Shown in pieces: positions 38,538 to 52,728 of a stretch of 64,000 nt of DNA. Position 1 is the first letter of the stretch. Every line of letters begins with the position of its first letter. The stretch covers positions 69,626,001 through 69,690,000 of the forward strand of contig OX597815.1 of assembly GCA_951406725.2 (NCBI GenBank), written 5' to 3'. Source of the stretch: Octopus vulgaris. Lineage: Eukaryota. A program made the position numbers and the translations under genes. The notes below the pieces were generated by a model, which did not search any database, had not been told where the DNA came from, and worked only from the letters and a program-made list of their open reading frames with translations.

Positions 38538-39823
38538 TCAGGCTGAGTAAAAAGTAAGCAACGCTTTGAAACATGAAATTCATCACAATGTGTTTCAACA
38601 ATGCGGAAATTTTATTTATCAAAGTAAATACCATTACAATCAACACGTTTTTGCCAAAGAGTAACACATTTGTTTATTCTGGTAATATAAAAATCTTGAG
38701 TTCTGGAGCTGATGAACTCTTTGAACTCACTTTCAGCATCGGTTTGATTTTTGAACTCCTTGTCTCGCAGGAAATCATCAAAGTGCTTGAAAAAGTGGTA
38801 GTCGGTAGGAAAATGATCTGGGGAATAAGCTGGGTGATGAAGAACTTCGTAACCAAGTTCTCTCAACCTCTGGAGCGTAATTAGTGAAACGTGTGGTCGA
38901 GCATTGTCATGAAGAATGATTGGCCCTCTTCTGTTGACCAGTCTGGGACGAAGGAGTAGCAGTTTTTCGTTCATTTTGGCAATTTCATGGCAATATGTTT
39001 CTGCAGTAATGGTTTTCCGGGTTTTAAGAAGTTATAGTGGAAGAGTCCGGCAGTACACCACCAGTCACCATAACCTTCTTTTTGAAGAGCTCGGGTTTTG
39101 GGAAGGTTTTCGGCGCTTCATTTTGGTCCAACCACTGCGAAGAACGCTTTTTTTTTTATTATTGTACAGAATCCACTCTTCATCACAAGTTACAATACGG
39201 TCGAGAAATGGATTGGTCTGGTTACGGAGAAGAAGCGACGAGCAAATTTTATATCTGCGCATTTTCTGATTTTCATTTAAATCGTGTGGTACCCATTTGT
39301 TGAGCTTTTTTGATTTTCCGATCGCATGCAAATAGTTTCAAGCAGTTTTCTGGCTAACTTGAAGTTTTTTTTTACCAGTTCTCGAGTGGTGCTACGTGGA
39401 TCTTTCTCAATGACGGTCTTTAATTGACCGTCACCGATGACAGATAGGCGTCCACTACGCTCACGATCTTCAAGGCTCAGGTCTCCACTACGAAATCGTT
39501 TAAACCCTTTTCGAGTTGACCTCTCACTGGTCATTTCCTCACCAAACGTCGATATCGTGAGCAGTTTCAGCTGTTTTACGTCCATTTTTGAAGTTGAATA
39601 GCAAAATTGCTTGAATATCGCGCTTTGACAGTTCCATTTAAGATGATTGTAACAACGGTGCAAAAAGAAAATATCAATGTTAATTTATTGATGCATTTTG
39701 GCAAGTTTATGTCTGTATTATCAGACACTCGCAAAAAATGTTTTAAAAAATTCAAAACTCTGCAAAAATTCGGTACAAATTCTTCATGGTTCAAAACGTT
39801 GCTAGCTTTTTTACTCAGCCTGA
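38538..39823 (-). mobile_element. Mariner (DD34D) DNA transposon, both TIRs present, transposase frameshifted
   Basis: TIRs tcaggctgagtaaaaagtaagcaacgctttgaa (38538) and ttcaaaacgttgctagcttttttactcagcctga (ending 39823), TA TSD. Motifs WVPHDL, IVTCDEEW, HDNARPH, HPAYSPDHFPTDY split over three ORFs. Confidence 0.95.
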
Positions 39824-40494
39824 TAAATTACTATTCAAGTACAGGGGTCGATATAATAGGATGTACCTCTCTCCCAGGATTTGCATCCTTGTGCCAATGC
39901 AGTAGCAAGTAGCGATGGTCGTCGTGGTAGTGTTGTTGTTGGTTGTGGTGGCAGTGTTGGTGAAGATGATGTAGTGGTGGCGGTAGTAGTAGTAGTAGTA
40001 GTAGTAGTATTTGCTCCAGCAGCAACAACAGCCCTGAAGGCGATACAATTACTAGCGGGAAATGGTGTTGGATTTCAAGTTCTGATTGGGAATTTAAAAT
40101 TTATTTATTTATTTATTTATTTATTTTGCTTCTGTCAATGCTCTTGGGCGAGAAAATGAGAATATTGGGGCCTTAATATCACAGATTGCTGTCCCTCTGT
40201 CTTGACCCTTAAATCCTATTGAAAATAAGGGATATAAGAGATTGGAAAATATGACGTTCATGTTTTTTACCAAATATTTTTCTTTGAGTGAAAGAAGATG
40301 TGTGTGTGTGAGGGGTTAGGTTGTGTGTGTGGGATATTGTGTTTGTGTGTGTGTGTGTATGTGCATGTGTGATGTTTATGTCTTCACATATTTTAGTAAA
40401 GGTATGGACATGACAGAACTCAGCATCCTATTCCTTCATCCTCCCCCATACCTATTTCCGCCGACCATCAGATCAGTAAAGCATTATACTGAGA

Positions 40495-40548
<54 letters not shown>

Positions 40549-41460
40549 GTCATCATCGTCGTCGTCGTCGTCGTCTTCGCCGTCACCATCATCATTATCA
40601 TCAGTATCACCATCATCATCGTCGTTGTCGTCATCACCATCACCTCCAGCAACAACAACAACAAAAACAACAACAGAAGCTGCAGAATCAGTAGCAGCAG
40701 CAACAACAACAACATCATTATCACAAGCTTCATCATCATAATTTATCATTGTTATTGATGCGCTGTCGTCGTCGTCGTCGTCGTCATCATCGTCATCCTC
40801 CTCCTCATCATCATCATCATTTTCGTCTCCATCCTCATTCTCCTCCTCTCCCTTTAATCATCGTCGTCGACATCATCATTATCATCAGTATGACCGTCAT
40901 AACCATCATAACCATCGTCACTATCACCACCACTATCATCACCATCCTCCTTCTCCCCATCATCATCATCATCTTCATTGTTGTCGTCATCATCATCAAC
41001 ATCATCACCACCACAACCAGCATCATCACCATCATTACTATATTAGTCATCCTATATAATGTTTGCTGACATTATCATGGCCTGGTGTATTCTGAACGTT
41101 TTAAGACAAGTTTCACTATTTAAAATTTTTTAAAAATGAAAATAATACAAAAAATTTTTCATCATTCATTTCATTAAAAAAAAAAAAAAATAATAAATAA
41201 TTAAGTAATAAAATACAAAAAAATTACATAACTGAAAAATAAAACAACATAAAAAAATATTTTTTGAAAATAAAAAACAAAAAGCAACAAATACTAACAA
41301 TAAAACATTAAAAAAAATCGAAAAAATTTTTTGAAAAAATTAAAATTATTGCTAAATAAAAATTTTAAAAAATATATAAAAATTATTGTTAGATAAAATT
41401 TTTAAAAAATAAATATATATAAATAAATATAAAAATTAAACCCTGAAAATTAAAGAAACA

Positions 41461-41475
41461 GGGTCAAAGTGACCT
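41461..41475. promoter_or_regulatory. Candidate estrogen-response-element-type IR3 palindrome
   Basis: GGGTCA-aag-TGACCT contains the perfect GGTCAnnnTGACC core, in a unique island. Confidence 0.35.
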
Positions 41476-41589
41476 TTATGTTTCATAGAATGTGATTTTG
41501 TTATGTTCCCAATAGACACTTTGATTATTGGTGTTGTTAGCCTTTTTTCCCTCCCCCTCTGCCTCCCTCGTTCTCTCCATTTTAAATTG

Positions 41590-41655
<66 letters not shown>

Positions 41656-41830
41656 GGTAAATGAAAAAAGAAAAGTAAACAGCCAAAAGAAACAACGCTA
41701 TTACTATCTCTACTGTTACTATCCCTTACACCACTTTCATATTCTCGCTATCTCTCGCTCTCCCACTCTCTTAGCTCTCTCACACTTTCTTTTAGCTTTC
41801 CGCTTACCCTTTATCTCACTCTATCATTTA

Positions 41831-41865
<35 letters not shown>

Positions 41866-42220
41866 CCATAATTCTCTCTCTATCATTCTCTGTCATTCTC
41901 TCTCTATTATTCACTCTCCCTCTCTCTCTCACTATCATTCTCTCTCTCATTCTCTCTGACTCTATCGTTCTCTCTCTCTCTCTCTCTGTCACTCTTTCAT
42001 TCTCCCGTCTACGCTATCATTCTCTTTTCCTGTTTCTCTCTCTTTCCCTCCTTCTCACTCTCTCTCTCTCTCTATTTGTCGATCTTTTTTTCTCTCTCTT
42101 CATGGCTTTTTATGTCTCTCTCTTTCATTACCTTTTTGAAATAATTTTTCTTTTCTGTTATCATTTTGCCTTTAACCCTATGTATCTTCCATTTTAAATG
42201 AATACACACAAACACACGCA

Positions 42221-42284
<64 letters not shown>

Positions 42285-42325
42285 TACCACACCATATATA
42301 TATATTCACAAATAGATGTATATAA

Positions 42326-42381
<56 letters not shown>

Positions 42382-43794
42382 CATATATATCATGTATGAT
42401 GTATATATAATTTTTATCACAAATCTCTCTCTTCCTTTCTCCCCCTCTCTCTCTCTCTCTTTATTATCCTACCTCATACTATCTCTACCAATCTTTCTGT
42501 AGTCTTTATCAATCTATCTTTAACTCCTTACATTTCTCATTTAACTTCCCGCTCTCTCTCCATCTCTTTCACCCTCCCCTTGTCTCCCTTTGTCTCTCCT
42601 CTCTCTATCACAATTCCTACTTCTTACTTTTTCTCTCGTGCACCTCTGCCCTCTCCTTTTCACCTAGTTTTGTTTTATCGTCTGCTTCTTTCAAATGTTT
42701 TCACTCTCTGTTCTTCTCTCCTTAAACATATACTCTAAATCCTCTCACTCTCTCTCTACCTCTGTCTGCCCCTCTCTTCCTCTTTCTCCTTCTCTCTCCC
42801 CCTCTCTCTGTATGTCTGTCTCTTTCTCTCTCTCTCACTCTCTCTCTCACACACACATATACATACTGTCTCAGTTCTATGAACTTATTTTCATTCATCT
42901 TCCTCACGCTTTTCCTTTCATTAATTTTTCTATTCCTCTACATCCTCCCTGGTATCGTTTCTGTGATGATGATGACGACGATGATGATGATGATGATGAT
43001 GATATCAGTGATGGTGAGTGATGACTGATGAATGGTGATTGTTGCTGAGTGATGGGTGAAGTGTGATAGCTGATTTTATGTCAGAAGACAACACTACCCA
43101 TTTATATGACCTTTTTTTTAAGCATTTCTCTCTCTTTCTCTCTCTCTCTTTCTCTTTCTCTCTTCTCTCTCTCTTTCTCTCTCGACACAGTAATTTAAAA
43201 AAATGTTTTTCACTTTTCCCAATATTGCTTTTCTTATATGCTCTTCCCCTCTCTGTGCACACACACACACACACACACACATGTGTGTGGCATTTTGGGC
43301 AAGAGTCATCTACTATAGCCTCCGGCCAACTAGAGCCTTATGAGTGGATTTGGCAGACGGAAACTGAAAGAAGCCCGTCGTATGTGTATATATATACACG
43401 ACGTGCTTCTTTCAGCTTCCGTCTATCAAATCTGCTGACAAGGCTTTGGTTGGCCCGAGGCTACAGTAGAAGACACCAGCCCAGGGTGCCACGCAGTGCG
43501 ACTGTGGTTGGGAATTGAGCTTTTTACAATACAGCCACTCCTGTATATACATATATATATCACAACGACCTCGAACCCACAAGTGTGAACAAGAGAGACA
43601 GAGCAAGGCAGAAATAAGGAAAATGGCACTTATCTTTGAACACTATACAAATATTCCTTTAAAAAAACATTTCTTTTAATTTTTCTAAATTTAATTATTT
43701 AATCGTTACAGTTGAAAAGTTCTCAAAATGACTGGAACCGGTACTGAAATGTTCTTTATAAAATTATTTTAGCATTTTCTATCTTGACTTGTTT

Positions 43795-43855
<61 letters not shown>

Positions 43856-44629
43856 AAAGGACATTATATGCAAAAAATAAAATAAACACAGATGTGAACA
43901 CTAACGCCACTTATGAATATATCTTTTGTAGGACACATTGCATACAGTTTTTGAACACATGAGCACACTCACCTGAGCTTGTTTGACACGAAGGAAATAG
44001 CATCTTGCGATTTCGTCAGCGAGCCAGTGACAAAGTTTGTGTCGGCTTTGATCTCTTAATTAAATCCGCTTAGTATGGCGCGAAAATTGGCTTTCATACA
44101 GAAACGCTAATATGTCTTCTTCTAGACATAGAGGATCAGTGACTACATGTATATCATAGCGTCGACTCTATAAAGTAAGAGTAACGAACAACGTCGTAGC
44201 AGGTGAAACTGAAAAAAGTTATATGCAATTAAAATCAGTGTCAACAATATAAAAAATATGGAAGTTTTGCCACAAAAACTCCATAAACATTGTGGCAAAA
44301 CATAAACAAAGTGCGCAACTGAGAAAATGTTTCTGAAGAGCTAAGATAAAAGTATTTTCTCGGGAAGTAAATGAAAATATAACCCATTGGACATATTAGT
44401 TTATGTAATGGAGAGAATACACAACATTGCAGACAGTGTAAGGGGCATGTACATGAAGTAAAGTTGATTTACGATCTACGTGAGTGCTTTTGTGAACCAA
44501 GTGCCTGTATGAGACGAAATCTCAAGGCTAATAATGCAGTGTTTGGATTTTATAACAAGACATCCATGTTATGTTGGATATAAAGATTACCTCCTTATAT
44601 TAATACTGCTTCCGTCAACGCGACAACTA

Positions 44630-44697
<68 letters not shown>

Positions 44698-44859
44698 TCT
44701 TGTACTGCCTATTCCAATTTGTTTTTTTGTGCAACACAGAAAAACAATGCGAAATAGACCAGAGAGAAGAGGAGACAAATGGGACAGAGCGTAGTATATA
44801 TATCATTGCTACAAATGGGACAGAACGTAGCAGTCACAGTGTATGTGACGAAAGAACTT

Positions 44860-45045
44860 TGGCTGTGTGATAAGAAGCTTGCTTCCCAACCACATGGTTC
44901 CAGGTTCAGTCCCACTGTATGGCACCTTGAGTAAATAACTTCTACAACAGCCTCGGGCCGACCAAAGCGTGTTTAGACAGAAACTGAGAGAAGCTCGTCG
45001 TATATATATATATATATACACACACATGTACGTATGTATCTGTGT

Positions 45046-45081
<36 letters not shown>

Positions 45082-45290
45082 CTTTGTGTCTGTATTTGCA
45101 CCTCCCCTCCTGTGATCGCTTGACAACCAGTGTCGGTGTGCTCACGTCCCTGTAACTTAGCGGTTCGGCAAAAGTGACCAATAAAATAAGTACTAGGCTT
45201 TAAAAAATAAGTCCTGGAGTCGATTTCTTTGACTGAAACCCCTCAGGGCGGTACTCTTGCATAGCCGTTGTCAAATGACTGAAAAGTGTA
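44860..45290 (+). mobile_element. SINE family B copy
   Basis: Same head, internal microsatellite and tail as 23417-23872. Confidence 0.85.
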
Positions 45291-47178
45291 GTACGACGGT
45301 TTTGCTATGGAATGGTGAAACTATTTTTCATTTTCTGAAAAAGCAACGTTTTGGACTCACGACACTTTTGCATAGTAGCAATGATATATATTAAAGATTA
45401 ATAGTGAAAACAGAGTGTACCAAAAAGCAACTTATACATATATAGATATAGATATATATCCACACACATTCTCTTATATACAGTCTGTGTCCATATATCA
45501 GAGGATGTGAACGTGTTCTCCGCTCACGAAAGTTTAAATAATGCTAAGCTCAGTCAACCTGTTATTAACACATTACAACTCCAACTAAATGTGGTGAATG
45601 CTACTTGCTCATCTATTCGAATACATACATATACACATACATAGACATAAATATATACAAAATATACGTGTGTGTGTGTGCTTGTGTGTGTATACATATA
45701 TACATGCATACACACACACATATACACACGCAAAAACACATGTATACCACTAAGTTAACATACCAGTTTTCCCTTCTTTTACCTTTTTCTTCTCTCTCTC
45801 TCTCTCTCTTCCCTTTCTCCATTCACTCTCTTCCCCTTTCTCTTTCACTCACTCTCCTTTTTACATCCAATTTTCTTACCCTGTCTATTCATCTTTTTAA
45901 TTTTTCTCTTCTTTTATAACTCATATTTTTATCATTTGCATTCTCAAACAATCCCTCTTTTCTTTATTCTTTCCATGATATTCTTCTTTCCACCTCTTCA
46001 TTTATCTTTCATTATTTCTCCTTGCCTCCAACTTCCCCTCCTCTTCACCTACTTCCGGTTTCCTCTTCTTTCTCTCACTCCTCTCTCTTTCTCTACCGTC
46101 TACCATCCTTTGATTTCTATTTCTCCCCCTCACACCTTTAGCATTTCCTATGATTTTCATCACTGTCTTTCACAAATCTCTCACTGTCTCCAACACCCAC
46201 TTCTACTCTCTCTCTTTTCATTTCTTCACCCACACCTACTCTCTCTTCTCTTTCTTTTCTGTCTTTCTCTCACCCTTTTCTCTCCTATTCTTTTTTTTCT
46301 CCTACATACATATTCTTTCTCTCTCTTACACACATTCATACTCTCTCTCTTCTGTCTTTTTTTCTTCTCATTTCTGAGGTCCTCTCCCCTTTTCTCTATC
46401 TGTCTGTCTCACCCACCCATCTCTCTCTTTCTGCTTGTTTAAAATATATTTTTTATTTTTGCATGCTCATCAGCTTTCATTTTATTTTTTAGTTCTCTCC
46501 CCTTTCTATTGCTACCCCTTCTTATCACAACCTCATCCTGTCACTCTCGACCTTTCCTTCAAACCCTTTCACTTAATATATCGTCCTTTCACTTTTTCTT
46601 TTTGCTATGCTTGTTGCTTTTTTATTGCTTTTCCTTTTGTTTTTCCTTTATTTTATTTATTTGTTTATTTTTCGCTTGTTTAAATCATTGAAACGAAATC
46701 AGTGACAATACCCTTCAACAAACACCACTGTAGGCACCACTACCACCACCACTACCATCAGGCAGGCACCGCCAACACCACCGCAACAACTAACACCACT
46801 ACTCTCACAATCAATACTACAACAACAACGGATACAATCACAATGGGCACCAAAAAAATGCGATGTAAATTGAAAACAACCCTGCTTCAACAATAAATCT
46901 GGAGGACCACAATAATAAGAACAACAACAACAATAACAGCAGCAACAACAATAACAGCAGCAACAACAACAACAACAATAATAAATATATTTTCTAAAAG
47001 AAGAAGAAGAAGAAGGAGAAGGAGGAGGAGGAGGAGGAGGAAGAGAAGAAGAAGAAGTGTGGACAGCAGTGATTATGATGAGCTTGTTCATAATGATGAT
47101 AATGAAGATGATGACGATAACGATGAAGATCTTGACAATGACGATGGTGATGATAGCGATAATGGAGAATAATGATGT

Positions 47179-47228
<50 letters not shown>

Positions 47229-47278
47229 GATGATGATGATTGATGATGATGATAATGATGATGATGATGATGATGATG

Positions 47279-48271
<993 letters not shown>

Positions 48272-48302
48272 TATTATTATTATTATTATAATAATAATAA
48301 TA

Positions 48303-48341
<39 letters not shown>

Positions 48342-48374
48342 GTAATAATATTAATAATAATAATAATAATAATG

Positions 48375-48443
<69 letters not shown>

Positions 48444-48640
48444 GTAATAATAATCCTTTCTACTATAGGCACAACTAGTACTTAATTTATCGATCCCGAA
48501 AGGATGAAAGGAAGTGTTGATCTCGGCGGAATTTGAACTCAGAATGTAGCGACGGGCGAAATATCGCTAAGCATTTCGTCCAGCGCGTTAACGATTCTGC
48601 CAGTTAACCGTCATAGAAAAGAAATAATAATACTAATAAT

Positions 48641-49203
48641 TGTCCAGATGCAATACCAGGCAGTGGCTCTCACGGATTTTGATCTTAACTCATTGGAAGT
48701 GTTATCATGTACATTGTATTGTCTTGGTATAAAAGATGAGCAACAGCTAATATCCTGCTCAATACCAAAGATTTGCTTGTCAGTTGCTTGACCTTAACCA
48801 GTTGAACATGTCCCTTGGTGGTTGACGATATATGCATCTCTGATAACAAGTAGAAGTAGTGGGGGAGCATCATAGCCATGTGTTGAGAGGAATTCCTTGG
48901 GGTTTGAATAATTCACCTCTGGAAACATGAGTGTTTCGTTCAACATCCTTAAACAACTTTTATTCAAGGACCTTTTGAGTGGGATGGGCTACTCGACCTG
49001 ACGAAAATTCTAACTGGTCTCCACAATTAAGATCATGCGCTGTTTATCGTGAAATAAGATCACCATGTTGATATAAGATCACATATGGTTGTGATGCATG
49101 TACCTGGTGTACTCTTATCAGATGGGTAGTCATGAGGGGTATATTGGGCTTCATATAATTGTACCCCTGTGTCACTTTGATAACATGCGCCGCTCTCTCA
49201 CTC
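48641..49203 (+). mobile_element. Non-coding ~560-bp interspersed element in a (TAA)n array (copy 2)
   Basis: Starts ...gatgcaataccaggcagtggctctca, ends ...gctctctcactc|aataatgat. Same termini as copy 1. Confidence 0.85.
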
Positions 49204-49219
49204 AATAATGATGATGATG

Positions 49220-49277
<58 letters not shown>

Positions 49278-49592
49278 TAATAATAATAATGACAATAATG
49301 ATGATTTCTTTATTAACCACAAAGGTTTACGTTAAGAAAAACATTATGGACAATACAGGACAAAACAAAGAATGTATGTGTGTGTTGTTGTGAGAGTTTT
49401 GCATGTAAACAAGACCAAGAGAATTTAAAAAAAAAAAATATATCAACAATGTGTAACTCTCAATAAGGAGGAGACGTTCGAGGGCTGCTTATAGAAAAAC
49501 CCACAAAAAATCTTGACTTTTGGGGGCAGGTGCCGTTTTCCTTTCCTTTTTTACAACTATAATAACAATAGTAGTAGTAGTAGTAGTAGTAA

Positions 49593-49639
<47 letters not shown>

Positions 49640-49757
49640 ACAACAACAACAGCAATGGCACTAATGATTGCAGCAATGATAATAGTAAGAACTACTTCGA
49701 TAGACAAACAGAAATGGCAATAATAACAGAAGTGTCAACAATACTGGAACGATAACA

Positions 49758-50808
49758 ATTACAAGAGCACTAAGAGAGCGCAAACCTACGCCAAAGCAAC
49801 ACCAACGTCCTCTCAACGATTAGCCGGAGATGATTTTTAAAATGAGACTGAAATAAACTTGACTGCTATCACAAACGAGAATACTAAAAATGAACCCGAC
49901 CGCTCTCAAAAATTAAGTAAAAAACTAGAAAAATAATCCAGAATCCTTGCCCGGTACCTGATCGATCGCAATGGTAGTCATAGAATGTGAAGGTGGGTGT
50001 GCGGGCCATGTTTGTAATGCTGTGTATGTGTGTCGTCTACATGGACAGTTTTCTCTATGAAGGCCTTTTTTAGTCTATCCACTGATATAGTGTCTTTACG
50101 ATCATTAAAGGCTATAGTGAAAAATTTATCCGTGTTTGAAAGCAAATATAAAGGACCTGCATACAGTGCTGTTAACGGAGGTTTGACAACATCGTCACGC
50201 ATAAAAACGTGAGTCCCAGGAGTAAAGCCTCCTTCAAGGAAGTGCTACAAATGCAATTGTCAAGTAGGTAAGATGTTTTAAACAGGAGCGATATATTAAA
50301 AATTAGTAAAACTAAAAATTATAGAGGGTAAATTAAATTTATTATTGTTATTGAATATGTTAGTGTTATTTAATTTCTGAATGGTTTTACTGCCGTTTGT
50401 TATTGTAGTTTGATTTCTTTATCCATCAGTTTCTACTAAGGTAGAGACGCGAGTAAAATTAATAATAGAGAAACGAAAATAAAACTTTGCAAACAGCAAC
50501 GCCGCCACAACTTTCATGGAAACCATGAGCGTGCTTTCAAGGGAAATAATCAGAGAAAGACTTGAAAGTCAACGTAAGATCGTAATATTTCATGTAAATA
50601 AAGTGAATATAACAAATAATCCAGAATCCTTGTCCGGTGCTAGATCGATCCCAAAATCTAATCAGTTCGTGCCAGTTATGAAGCCAAATATCCCTGAAAG
50701 TTTCATCCAAATCTATCCAGCGATTCTTGAGATATATGGTCCACGGACAAACAAACAAACAAACACGACTGAAAATAATACCTCCGCCTTAGCGAAGGCA
50801 GAGGTAAT
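49758..50808 (+). mobile_element. Helentron-associated non-autonomous element (DINE-1/HINE-like), composite
   Basis: 5' acaagagcact...cctacgccaa subterminal motif, core aatccagaatcc...gatcgatcccaaaatctaatcag, (caaa)n, 3' stem-loop acctccgcctt-agcg-aaggcagaggt (50780-50805). Confidence 0.65.
49975..50225 (-). pseudogene. Gypsy/Ty3 integrase C-terminal (GPY/F) fragment
   Basis: HVFMRDDVVKPPLTALYAGPLYLLSNTDKFFTIAFNDRKDTISVDRLKKA matches the GPY/F...VSIDRLKP pattern. Confidence 0.8.
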
Positions 50809-51834
50809 AACGATAACAATTACAATAACAATAATCACAACAACAACAATATCAACGACAATAACGACAAAAGCAATAAAACTTCACTTTCACCACAAAT
50901 CCTTATTAATCATCATAAATCATTACAATCATGATTATCACAACATCAAGGACACAATCACCACCAGCATCAACATTAAGACCAAAAACGCTACGACCAT
51001 CAACTTCATTAATACCACTATCATCAACAACAACGACGATAACAACACTAACACTACTAACACTGCCATCAACACAACCATCTCCACCATCATCACCACC
51101 ACCACTACCGCCGCCAATACCATCATCATTAATACCTCATCTTCCATTATCTCCACAACAATAATAACTACAATACCATTTAGAAGTCAGAAAAACGCAC
51201 GGTGACGATACTAAAACATAAACATCGAAAAGCGCCCCACACACACACACACTCACGCATCCACTCACACCCACCACCCCACCACCACCACCAAGAACAG
51301 GACACTATGAGGAACCAACGAGGGAGCCAATACGTAGTCGCTTGGTTCGCTAGAAATATCAATCAAAACTACATGAACTCTCATTATACTGTCTTAAAAA
51401 TTAAAGGACAAATAAAGTACTTCTAGATCATTGGCAAAGTGACAGAGGAATGATTACGGATGGGATATCGGTCATTATTGATCTGTTTGGTTACGGCTGA
51501 CCTGGGACAACAAAATCAGCAACAACAACTACTACTATCATTATCGTCGTCATCGTCGTTGTCATCATTTTCATCATCATCATCAACGCTGCTAATAAAA
51601 TCGAGCTAATGACGTGGTCTCTATTCGTTCAATATGTTAGAAACAACAGCTTAATCTACCTGAATTCAACCACTTTACCATCTCAAAAAAACGTAACATT
51701 TTGTTAGTACAGCTTAGAATGTGTGTATACATTCACAGACACACGCGCGCGCGCACATACACAGACACACACTTATGTGTGTATGTATGTATATGTATAT
51801 GTATATGTATATATATATAATATAAATAAAAAAT

Positions 51835-52170
51835 ATATATGCACATAAGGGTACAGGACGTCACAAAACGTTACGAAAACAATATGAAATACGAAGACAA
51901 GCTTGAGTATGCGAACAACAAGAGAAACAGCTGGAAAACAAGACAAGTAACATAATGAACGATCCTTCATCAGTTGTCGGCTGTCCATCTACTCCTTGCT
52001 CGAAATGAACAGCAGATGGACAGCCGACAACTGATGAAGGGTCGTTCATTATGTTACTTGTCTTGTTTTCTATTTGTTTCCCTCGTTCGTATATCGAAGT
52101 TTGTCTTCGTATTTCATGTTGTTTTCGTATTTCATGTTATTCACGTTTTGTGACGTCCTGTACCTATATA

Positions 52171-52177
<7 letters not shown>
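51835..52177. repeat. Long inverted repeat (~155-bp arms, ~25-nt spacer) of a repeat also present at 20440-20660
   Basis: 51835-51990 is the reverse complement of 52015-52177; (TA)n flanks. Confidence 0.9.
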
Positions 52178-52229
<52 letters not shown>

Positions 52230-52315
52230 GTATATATGCATATATATTTTTTATTTGTATTATTATATGATTGAACGCCACGCATCCATTTCCAAGTAAG
52301 CTTATCTCTCTCTCT

Positions 52316-52366
<51 letters not shown>

Positions 52367-52464
52367 TATATATATGATAATAATTCTAGGATGGAACTTA
52401 TAAACATTTAATGCATCGCTATATAGCTCTTTATACACATTTTTTTATTACAGTCTTGTGTACA

Positions 52465-52728
52465 GTTGTGTCTGGGGAGAGTCATTTTCTTTTTGTGCCT
52501 TATAATGTAACACACTCACCGGTAAAATTTCCACTTTTTTCTCATTTTCCTAAAATTTTCTTTGCGTCTTGCAACCATTTCCGAACGGACAGAGTCAAAA
52601 CTATTGAAAAGGTTGCAAGACGCAACGAAAATTTAAGGGGGAAAAAATAAGAAAAAAGTAGAAATTTTATCGGTGAGTATGTTACATTATAAGGCACAAA
52701 AAGAAAATGATTCTCCCCAGACACAACA
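52465..52728. repeat. Long inverted repeat (~115-bp arms, ~25-nt loop)
   Basis: gttgtgtctggggagagtcattttctttttgtgcc...gcgtcttgcaacc versus ggttgcaagacgc...ggcacaaaaagaaaatgattctccccagacacaac. Confidence 0.9.

Noticed and set aside
41480-41545. miRNA hairpin
   Set aside because: No convincing ~60-nt stem and no recognised mature miRNA sequence.
52030-52060. CTGATGA as a hammerhead core
   Set aside because: No stem II followed by GAAA downstream; the same holds for ctgatga at ~34945.
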